NCBI RefSeq assembly: GCF_006345805.1
Contig: NW_021835974.1
Location: 6,000-69,999 of the forward strand
Origin: Octopus sinensis
Lineage: Eukaryota
Direction of reading: 5' to 3'
Length of the DNA: 64,000 nucleotides
The notes beneath the pieces were generated by a model, which was not told the DNA's origin, made no database searches, and worked only from the letters and a program-made list of their open reading frames with translations. Position numbers and translations under genes: made by a program. Shown here one piece after another: positions 52,930 through 64,000 of this stretch. Numbering within the stretch: position 1 is the stretch's first letter; the number at the start of each line of letters is the position of its first letter.

Positions 52930-53315
52930 CACAATATAAATAGCAATTTATGTATGTCTGTCTGTTACCATCTTAGTGCCTAAACCACCGAATCAATATT
53001 CACGAAACTTTGCAAACATGTTACACTAACATCCAGTTAAATAATAGCTTAATTAGATTTCAATAAAAATCTATAATGTTCTTCCAGGAGCCTTCGGCGA
53101 ATTATATGATAAAATGAGGAGGTTGCGAAAAATATGTTTGACGGAAAAGTAGTAGCAGAGAGAGGGTGACTTATATCAGTGAAGGCGAGAACAGCGGCAG
53201 CAAAAGGATAGTAACGTTAATACAGCTGCCATTTACATGCAACGCTACATGGATACTTTCGTAAATAGATAGATACAACACACAGACATACACACACACA
53301 CACACACACTCTCTC

Positions 53316-53366
<51 letters not shown>

Positions 53367-54318
53367 AGAAAGGTAGTGTAAGGAATATGTAACATTAAGT
53401 AGAGAGAGAGTAGGTGGCTTTTCTGCTGTCCATCGCAAAGAAACACACACAAAGAGACATGTACACACATACATACATATATATATATACATACGTATGT
53501 ACATATATACATACATACGTATGTCTACTTTACACCCTTTTAAACTCATAATTGCCTCTGTGTTGCTGTTTGTTTCTTTTCGAGCCATGCCTGGCTCATA
53601 ACAGCCGGTTTCCCGGTTTCATTCGCGTATAGGCTCTCCACCTGAACAGGACACCGGTCCGTCGCAGTTACCTGTGTGTACGTTTGTAAATAAATGTGAG
53701 TGTTTGTTTGTGCGAGTGTGTGTATATGTGTGTATGAGTGTGTGTCACATCCTAATACTGTCTGTCTCTCTACTTTTATAGGGTCTTCTCTGTTGCTGTA
53801 ACACATTGTGAAATTTTAAAATTTCCTCAAAATATTTAAAATTTGGTATACTGAAAAAACTTCCCACGTTGAATCCGATTTTGTTATTTAATTGTTCCAG
53901 AAAAATATTACTACGGTTTAAAGTTTAATCAAGTTTACCTAATCAGAAGACAGGATTTGGAAGCTGGCATTTTCTGCATGATAGTTGCATGATAGCTGGC
54001 ATTTTCTGCATGACAGCTGTTTATCATAACATGAAAGCAAAGGAGGAAGAATTTTTATTGTACAAACGAAAGCAAAGCATTACGACGACCAAAGTTGTAA
54101 GAACTTCTGAAGTTTTAATGAAAAAACTCATGTGAAACGGTCGAACAGACATGTAAATAATTTAAAAAGGAAAAAGATCCTCAACGAAAATTTTGGCGAA
54201 AAGTTGCACAAATCTGTTCTGATCAAGAAGCCTATCTGTCGGAGAAGGCATGCTCTGACATGGAACAAATAAAAATTTGTTGTATAAATTGGCTGGCAAC
54301 GACGCCCTATTCAGCTAG
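52930..54318 (+). mobile_element. Possible decayed Helitron-like element(s)
   Basis: TGTCTGTCTGTT...AAACCACCGAATCAATATTCACGAAACTTTG 5'-type motif and a GGCAACGACGCC...CAGCTAG|T 3'-type end at 54315-54318. Continuity between the two ends is not demonstrated. Confidence 0.35.
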
Positions 54319-54390
54319 TGTGTATATATACATATATGTATATAATATATATATATATTATATATATATATATATATAGAGAGGAGAGAG

Positions 54391-54434
<44 letters not shown>

Positions 54435-54510
54435 TAGATGATAGATAGATAGATAGATAGATGGATGGATGGATGGAGGGATAGATAGATAGATAGATCG
54501 ATAGATAGAT

Positions 54511-54579
<69 letters not shown>

Positions 54580-54969
54580 TCTGTATATCTTACTTAACGT
54601 AGGTATTCTATTGAAAGCCACAAATCTGCATTATTCATCTTGAGAAAGGTTCTGGTAGAGAGAAATTGAGCTAAAACGCACAGAAATGTATGAGTAGTTG
54701 ACGAAAAGCATCCAAATGGTAGCAGAATTGCTAAATCATGAATTTCTGAGTCTTTGCATGTCATCAGTGTAACTTTTCCGCTATCAATTGCATGCTTGGA
54801 CAATTTTAATCTCAACTGCAATTCAAAAGCGTTAATTGGTGATCACGTGCAAATCATGATTTGACAATTCCACCAGCGATACCGGACGTTTTTCATCTAC
54901 TGCTGATATACTTGTGTGTCTTTTAGCACTATACGTGTGTTCGACAAGCTCTTTCATGACCAATACTGC

Positions 54970-55170
54970 AAATTTTCTTACAAGAACAGCAATTTTGGGA
55001 GAGGGGACGAGACCGTAACATCGACCCCAGTGCTCAAATGGTACTTATTTTATCCACTCAAAAAGGATGAAACGCAAAGTTGATCTCGGCGGAATTTAAA
55101 GTCAGAACGTAAAGACGGATGAAATGCTGCTAAGCATTTTGACCGACGTTCTAAAAGTTCTTCCAGCGCG
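54970..55170 (-). mobile_element. SINE family A, diverged
   Basis: Core CGACCCCAGTGCTCAAATGGTACTTATTTTATC...GGCGGAATTT is recognisable. Confidence 0.75.
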
Positions 55171-55258
55171 TGCGTGGTGTCTGTGTGTGTGGGTGTGTAT
55201 GCCTCCATGTATGTGTGTAAGTATGTAGGTTGATAGATAGATAGATAGATAGATAGAT

Positions 55259-55311
<53 letters not shown>

Positions 55312-56125
55312 AAGAAAGATAGATGGTGAACAAGCAGAAAAAACAGAAAGTAGCACTCAACACATTTGGTGTATATATATTTAATAACAGTTTCACTTAG
55401 TTACACATTACATAATGATTCGTGTATGAATGTATATATATATGTGTGTGTATGTATATATATATATTTATCTGTCTATATATATATATGTACGTATGTA
55501 TGTAATGTATGTATGTATGTATGTATGTATGTATGTATGTATGTATGTATGTATGTATGTATAGGGGCAATTATGCGGATAAACAAATTAAATGTATTAA
55601 GTATAATATAATATGTTTGGGTATGAAACACAAAATATGTATTTATGTATACATGAAAAGCGAAAAAAAAAGCAAAAGATGAAGACTTTCAGACGATGAA
55701 TATTTAAGTACAAATATATACATATTTATATTAATAGGTCCAACATACACAGAGTACAAACGAGAGAGAAAATTAAAGGGTTGAAAGACAGCTGTTATAA
55801 ATCCAACAGCTGTTTCTGAGAGCTTGGAGATCCATGATAGTGCATTTAATATCTGGGTAACAACCTCGTAATATGCATTCAAAAGCTCCTAAGGCTTTCC
55901 ATTTTATCTCGTAACTATATACTGCGTGCATTAAATAATATTTATCTCTCACAGATGAATACTTTTTTTGTTGATCTTACCTTAACGAAAAAAGTAAACT
56001 ATATACCTTCAGCGCGTGGTTTTCTACTGCAAATCTATAATCTACATGTTTGTCGTGATAGCTACATTAAGTTGAGTAACTCCAAAGATTCTACCAATTT
56101 GCACACTATTATGGATTTATACCAC

Positions 56126-57100
56126 ATGGATTATTCTGCTAAGAACATACATACACGACCGAATAGCCTAAACCTCAAGAAGCTTCTCAAGAAAGTTGAA
56201 GACCTCATGTGACGGTCGAGATGAAAGGCCTTTTTTTGATACTCCGCTACCACTCACTGCTTCAGAATATTATGATTTAGAGACACGTAAATACCTACCC
56301 AGGATAAAAGTTCTGCCCTTTTGAGGCAGAACTTTATTTAGTTAGCAATATTAGATTCCGTAAGTACTATAACCCTTTTCAAGCCAAACTAAAATCTGAT
56401 ATTAGAAACTTTAGAAGCTCTAAAAGAAGTTCGTTGTTTCTGATGAGACCAGCTACCTATACGAAGTCACTAATGATCTATTTGATAAGTTGCTGAATGC
56501 CACTATTTCACCTATTTATAAAAAAACTAACATAGATATAATGATTTAACCATGAGGCTAAATTCCTCTCTGAGCGTAGTTAAATTAATGATAGATTACA
56601 ATGCTTAGCAAAAAGGGAAGCTTTCATAACTCTAAAGGATCACAAGCCTAATTTCAGTTATAAACCCACTTGTTGATTGTTAAACCTATCGAGGACTAAA
56701 ATCGAGTAAGTAGCCAAAAAATACTAAGGAATATTAGCATCAGAATCAGAAAGACCACAATACTACAGTAATTGGATGATAACTACATTGTAATAGAGTG
56801 GTTTAAAAATTTAAAGGATAATCACAGGGCCAGATTTACACAGTTTGATATTAATGATTTTTATCCCTCAGTATCGAGATCGCTGCTTGATAAGGCAACT
56901 GAATTCGTGAAAACATATTTTCATAGAAGCCACATAGATCTAGACTTTATCATGCATGCGAAAAAAACAATTTCATTTAGTAAGAGCTCAGCAGGGGTTA
57001 AAAAATCCGATATAGATGAATTGTTCGATGTATCGATGGGATCGTATTACAGAGCTAGCATCTGCGATCTTGTAGATTTCTAAATATTAAATACACTGCT
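56126..57100 (+). pseudogene. Penelope-like element (Naiad-type) reverse transcriptase, degenerate N-terminal half
   Basis: Across stops and frameshifts: MDYSAKNI...[72 protein letters not shown]. These motifs are typical of Naiad-clade PLE RTs. Confidence 0.8.
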
Positions 57101-57129
57101 TTATATTAAATATTCATGCTTATGTATGT

Positions 57130-57280
57130 ATGTAGGTAGGTAGGTAAGTAGGAAGGTAGGTAGGTAGGTAGGTAGGTAGGTAGGTAGGTAGGTAGGTAGG
57201 TAGGTATGTAGGTAGGCAGGTAGGTAGGTAGGTAGGTAGGTAGGTAGGTAGGTAGGTAGGTAGGTAGGGAGGTAGGGAGG
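57130..57280. repeat. (TAGG)n microsatellite
   Basis: Direct reading. Confidence 0.95.
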
Positions 57281-57769
57281 TATGCTGGGTTTTCGTCGAT
57301 TAACGATGATGATTCACTTGTTCGATCACTTCAATTAGCTGCGTATACCACAGATATATGTATCCTTTAACATAATTCTCTAGCAGAGTTAAAGTGACAC
57401 AGTATGGAACAAGGCTATCTTCATCTTCTCTAGGTGTCATGTCCTGAATGCTACAATTTTTGGGGGGGTTTTATTTTGTTTTCTGTAACAGTTCCACTTC
57501 CTGATGTTTATTACTTCTTTCTTCCAACCAACCCATCAACCTAGACATCCAAAAGCCGTCCAAGAATTCGGACCTGGAGATCTCCATTTTCAGCGACTTC
57601 GAGGGCCACCTCCCAGTGGTGTGGAGCGTCAACGAAGAGCCCTCGACTACAACAAGACGACCAAAGGTTTTTTCCAAGGTCTGGGGTCCCCCCCCCCAAG
57701 CCCTAGACCATCACCTAGTCATCCTTACCCATCTTGTTGCTTAACAACAACAACAAGACATCCATATCA

Positions 57770-58125
57770 TCCTTCTTCTTCCTCTGCTTCTTCTCCCTTC
57801 AATCTTTCCAGTCATTGATAAGTTCTCCAGGCCTTCTTTCCTCATCACATGACCAAGAAATCTTAGTTACTTGGCCTTTATCTCACGAAACAGTTTCCTA
57901 TTTACTGTAACCCAGGTCATCACTTCTTCGTTAGACACTTTGTTTGTCCATGTTATTCTCAATATTCTCCTTAAAAACCACTTTTCACTGGTCTCCAAAC
58001 ACCTAATCATTTCTGCCTCACAACAATACGTTAATACAGAGTAGATACAGCAGTTCAATATACGGACCATGGTCTTGATGCTCAGAGTACGGTTTCTCAT
58101 GGTTTTATACGTTTTTGAATTACAC
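57770..58125 (-). mobile_element. RTE-clade LINE C-terminal fragment
   Basis: RILNCCIYSVLTYCCE...WFLRRILRITWTNKVSNEEV...LRFLGHVMRKEGLENL..TGKIEGRRSRGR, a characteristic RTE ORF end. Confidence 0.8.
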
Positions 58126-58485
58126 GTGCACTCCAAACAAACGGCCCTCTATATAGTTTTATTCACGAGGTATGGATCGACCCAAACGCATATATATAAA
58201 AAAAATGACATATAGCCAAGACGCTATGAGTCGGATCGAACGAGGGACCTCGTGGGTGCTAAGCAAATTTCTTAACCATTCGGCCATACTGCTCCTACAC
58301 ATACACTCAGACATACAGCAGCAGCAGCAGCTGATGGTAAATAATGCATTAGTGAGAAAACTTTAGAAGTAAACTGACTTGAAGTATTTACTTTGACATT
58401 AAACTGTGATTGTGCTTTATTTCAGTGACAGCGAATTTAGTCAGGTACAACATTTTCAACTGACATTCCAGAAAACATTATGATG

Positions 58486-58518
<33 letters not shown>

Positions 58519-58759
58519 TTATAATATATTTATGTATTTTCTATATAAAATATACGTATATAATATATAAGACATATTTATAATATTACAGCCTTATTAC
58601 ATACGTATATAGGCATGAATGGATGTAGCTATATATGTGAAATATTAATGTGCATGCTTATGTATTATACGTGTATGGGTAATATATATGCGTGTCTATA
58701 TATATTTACAAATAAAACATGTAAGGAACATGTATATATATATATATATATATACATAT

Positions 58760-58846
<87 letters not shown>

Positions 58847-59022
58847 TACTATATATATATAATATATATATATACATTATATTTATATTTTATATTTATA
58901 TTTATTTATATATATAACATTTTAATGACATCAAATGTAAAATGTAAACAATGCCTCTCTTCGTCGACTCTCTTCTAAATGGCTCTAAGTATATCTCTGC
59001 GCAATGTTTTAGAATCAGAATA

Positions 59023-59101
<79 letters not shown>

Positions 59102-59697
59102 TCCGTTTGATTAGCGTTAGCCTAGCCTACTCTCGGTAAAATTTCTCAAGTTTGACTCTGTAACGAGTCAAACAATAAATGAACAATTATTATTAGAAAA
59201 TATAAACATCGCCATATTTTACAAACAAATATCAAAAGACAAAACAACAACAATATTGAATATGACAGTAAAAGTCAGTAAGAACAACAATAATGACAAC
59301 AGCAGTGGTTATTACGACAGTAATAGCAACACCAACAATAACAATAATGGTTATTATTTATAATAATAATGACAATAACAATAAGAAAACGAAAACGAAA
59401 ACGGGAAAGTTGATTTCTTAAAGAATTGCAATTTAATCTGATGGAATTTATGCTTCAAGTTTTAGCTGCGTGTATTCAGCATTGTTGGCGCCACATATAG
59501 ATAGAATAGGGTTGGAGTGGGAGGGGGAGAAGAGAGAGAGAGTGTGTGTGAGGGAGACAAAGAAAGAAAGACAGGAAGAAACAAAGAAAGAAAAGAAGAA
59601 AGACAAAGAGAGAGAGAGAGTTGAAGAAAAAGAAAAGAAAGGGTGAGGAATGGCTAATGCAGAATGTGAGCGGTGAAGCTAGGTGGATATATATATG

Positions 59698-59734
<37 letters not shown>

Positions 59735-59744
59735 TGTGTGTGCG

Positions 59745-59789
<45 letters not shown>

Positions 59790-59884
59790 CTATGTATCTA
59801 TGTATCTATATGTATATATTATGTGTATATATGTGTGTGTGTGTGTGTGGGTGTGCACTTATAAAAACACATATGCACATATAC

Positions 59885-59933
<49 letters not shown>

Positions 59934-60447
59934 GTGTGTCGAAATATATATATATATATTTGGTCTAAGTGTCTTATATGTCTCTGAAAGCACATATATA
60001 TGCTTCAATGAATATACGTTTGTCCACTGTATGTATATATATATATGTGTGAATGTTTATGTTTGTATGTATGTGTGTGTGTATGCGTGTATGTGTGTGT
60101 ATGTGTGTACGCATGAGTTTCTGTGAATATGTATGTTTATTTATGTATGTACATAAACAATGCTTGCCCGTATGTATATGATATGCATGTGTAGATGCCT
60201 GTATGTATGCGCATGCGTACGTACGTATGCATGCAGTATGGATGCCTTCGTGTATGTACACATGCATGGATTTATGTGCGTGTGTACACATGTATACATA
60301 TATACATCTATATATGAATGTATGTATAGCTGTATATATATATATACATATATGTATATATGCAATAACATACACTCTCTCTCTCCACTCTCTGTTTCTT
60401 CCACTCTTTCTCTCACTCTCTCTTGTCTTTCTCTCTTTCTATCTCTG

Positions 60448-60489
<42 letters not shown>

Positions 60490-60985
60490 CTCTAAAAGGT
60501 TTTACTAAAACAAACATGTCAGATTTTTTAGCTAATATTTCCAAGCATCTGGATCAATCTACCATGGTACCTAGGGTAGAGAGGGTGGAATTATACACCC
60601 CATATCATTGGAGTTAAAGAGCAGAAGACATTAGCATTGAAAAATTGGCAGCAGGAAAGAAACTGGGGGAAAAAAAAAAAAAAAAAAATACAAAAATAAA
60701 ATCCCCTGAAACTAATAAAAAAAAAATTAATAAACTTTAAAAGAACAAAGAATGAGACCCGTGTTCTTTCAGCATTCATTGTTTTATTGTTGTTTGTATA
60801 TATTGTTTTATGTAGGTTTTGTTTTGTTGTGAAATTTCTAAGTTATTTTCTTCCTCATTTAAAATTCCAAGCACACGACCAGAACCTAAGTAATCCACAA
60901 TGGCTACAAAGCTTTCCTGGAATAAATTATACGAAAATAATGCTACGTATAGACATATATATATATATATATAATATATATATAT

Positions 60986-61038
<53 letters not shown>

Positions 61039-61188
61039 GTATGTATGCATGTATGTATGTATGTATGTATGTATGTATGCATGTATGTATTATGTATGTA
61101 TGCATGTATGTATGTATGTATGTATGTATGTATGCATGTATTTATGTATGTATGTATGTATGTATGTACACACAACACACACATATGT

Positions 61189-61226
<38 letters not shown>

Positions 61227-61471
61227 TTTTATACGTATGTTTGTATTTCAGAATTAAAAGAGAAAATTTTAAATTTGGTAAATGTGTGGTTTTTTTCTTT
61301 TTAATGGAAGCTGGAACTAAAATTCCTTTTTTCAGACATACTTTGATCAACTACTTGTAATAACTAACTCTAAGTACAGGCATCGCTATGTGGTTAGGAA
61401 GTAGGAAAGTACACCTTGCAATCGAGTATTTCTAGGTTCGATCCCAGCGGGTGGCATCTTTATTAAATATC

Positions 61472-61702
61472 TATTTCTTTACTACCCACAAGGGGCCAAA
61501 CACAGAGGGGACAAACAAGGACAGACAAACGGATTAAGTCGATTACATCGACCCCAGTGCGTAACTGGTACTTATTTAATCGACCCCGAAAGGATGAAAG
61601 GCAAAGCTGACCTCGGCGGAATTTGAACTCACAACGTAACGGCAGACGAAATACAGCTACGCATTTCGCCCGCCGTGCTAACGTTTCTGCCAGCTCACCG
61701 CC
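61472..61702 (-). mobile_element. SINE family A, full length with TSD
   Basis: TSD TAAATATC at 61464-61471 and 61703-61710. Confidence 0.92.
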
Positions 61703-62697
61703 TAAATATCTCTCACCAGAACTACGAGTTGAAGAAGTCTTTGCGAATGGAAATTGGTAGATGGAAGCTTTGCTGACACCCGTGGTGTATGGATCGATTA
61801 TTCTTTTTAGCCGTGCAGCTATAACCATATATACATAGAGAGATCACCAATGCTTACACACACACACAGACACACACACATATGTTGGGTTTCTGCAAAA
61901 TTACCATGAATCAAAATTCCACTGACAGTGCGTTGTTCAAAGCGATGCTGTGGTTAAAGAAAAAAATAAAACAGTTTGCCAAGGTGTTGCGCAATGAGAT
62001 CGAACCAAGAATCTCATGACTCCGGAACAAACTTCTTAAACACACACACATATAACGGTTGTTGATTGTAACAACGAACCATTTGCCTAGGTTGTGGCGA
62101 TGGTCAATTGTCCGTTGATGAAATTACATTACAATTTTCCACATAATCAATCTATCAATCTTCATTCACTTCTTCCCACGATGCGCCGCCATATTTCTTT
62201 CTCTCTTTCTACGGTACCTCCTATAACATTATCTACTTTAATTACGTTTAATAGCTATCCATGAACGCATGTTATTGGTTACGTACATCAGTTGCTCTCC
62301 TGGAAATAAGCCCCGTAATACGCCAACTAATTCGTTAACCCGTTCTCAATTTGGTTTATTAATTTCTTATTACAAACTCACTCGATCATAATAACTTCAT
62401 TTATTACACTTGTCTTTATTCCACGTCCATGCAAAGGCAATATCAAACTTCTTGCCTGTGTATCAGATAAACAGCTCTTTCCCACATAATGAACGACCTT
62501 GCGAGATTTTAAATATTGTGCTTGGAGCTGATATTTCTCGGGTTGCTCAGATATCCATCTATGTACGGCGGGCTATCGAAATATATGCACGGTCGTTCGT
62601 GTATTTAGTTCTGTTCCACCGATCGCATACTCGGCTCTGACTTTAAATCGGGACACAGTCGACTTCCTTTTCCAAATCTCTCTCCCTCCCTCCTCCT

Positions 62698-62764
<67 letters not shown>

Positions 62765-62799
62765 GTCTGTCTTCTTCTTTCTATATATATATATATATC

Positions 62800-63017
62800 T
62801 TTACTCTTTTACTCTTTTAGTTATTTCAGTCATTTTACTGTGGCCATGCTGGAGCACCGCCTTTAGTCGAGCAAATCGACCCCAGGACTTATTCTTTGTA
62901 AGCCTAGTACTTATTCTATCGGTCTCTCTTACCGAACCGCTCAGTTACAGGGACGTAAACACACCAGTATCGGCTGTCAAGCGATGTTGGGGGAGACAAG
63001 CAAGGACACACAAACAT

Positions 63018-63048
<31 letters not shown>

Positions 63049-63164
63049 CATATATATACATAAATACGACGGGCTTCTTTCAGTTTCCGTCTACCAAATC
63101 CACTCACAAGGCTTTGGTCGGCCCGAGGCTATAAGTAGAAAACACTTGCCCAAGGTGCCACGCC

Positions 63165-63196
<32 letters not shown>

Positions 63197-64000
63197 TTGC
63201 GTATTCCTCTTGTTATCTTTCTGATACACTTCTTCCCTCTGTCTTTCAATATAGCTTTCTGTGAATCGCCAAAAGCTCTTCGAGCTGGCAGAATCGTCCG
63301 AGCCACGGGTAAAAAAAAATTGCATTGAAATATTACTTCCGGTTCTTTACATTCTTTGTTTAAATCCTGTCGAGTACCTTTCATCTCTCCGAGACGACCA
63401 AAGCTCTGTGAAAGAATTTGATGGGCAGAAACTCCGTGTAAAACCTGCGTATATAAATGTGCATAAATGTGTATATGTACGAAGGGTTTGTGTGTGCTTC
63501 ATATTTGTCCAGTCCACTGCTTGTCAACCGGTGTTAGTTTGATTACGTCCCCGTAACCATGCAGTTTGGCAAAAGACTACCGTCAGAATAAGTATCATAC
63601 TTAAAATAAGTATTAGGGACGATTTATTCGACTAAATCCTTCAACGCGGTGGCCATCTTTCGCCACAGTCCAATGGCGGAAACAAGAAAAGAGAAAAAAA
63701 AACGAAATAATGATTAAACGACTGAGACTTCATTGATGTATTTATTTATTTACTCTTTTATTATATTTTTTTTTTACTTGTTTCAATCATTTGACTGCGG
63801 CCATGCTGGAGCACCGCCTTTAATCGAATAACTCGACCCCGGGACTTATTCTTTTGTAAGCCCAGTACTTATTCTATCGTCTCTTTTTGCCGAACCGCTA
63901 AGTACCGGGACATAAACACACCAGCATCGGTTGTCAGCAATGCTAGAGGGACAAACACAGACACACAAACACACACACGCATATATATATATATGTATAT
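62800..64000. mobile_element. Cluster of SINE B copies (minus 62800-63163, plus 63400-63690, minus 63770-64000) and a decayed SINE A head (63280-63385)
   Basis: Family motifs are recognisable. The last copy runs off the window. Confidence 0.85.

Noticed and set aside
57130-57280. Telomere-like repeat
   Set aside because: The unit is TAGG, not TTAGGG, so it is an ordinary tetranucleotide microsatellite.

Overview
This is AT-rich eukaryotic non-coding DNA saturated with microsatellites. The SINE families strongly suggest an octopus genome (inference from recognised repeat sequences). I found no host protein-coding exon I can support, and nearly all listed ORFs are translations of simple repeats. 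The window is a transposon landscape with these parts: two abundant tRNA-derived SINE families (A and B); decayed LINE pieces (CR1, RTE, Tx1/L1-like, and R4/Dong-like copies sitting in (TATG)n); a Naiad-type Penelope-like RT pseudogene; a DD37D (maT) Tc1/mariner relic; a non-autonomous Helitron; a piggyBac-like MITE; and a 5S rRNA fragment. Four structures stand out. (1) A retrozyme-like unit at 41385-42036 has two direct repeats, each carrying a type I hammerhead ribozyme, which would release a 457-nt RNA. (2) Several other unrelated hammerhead-bearing mini-elements are present, mostly inside or beside (TA)n tracts. (3) A 144-nt strand-specific hairpin at 19509-19652 has three exactly opposed tandem GA/GA mismatches and lies in a Crypton-like non-autonomous element. 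(4) SINE A forms head-to-tail multimers at one fixed internal GGTA site and shares its 3' tail with Tx1-like LINE ends. All family assignments come from motif recognition, not database searches.
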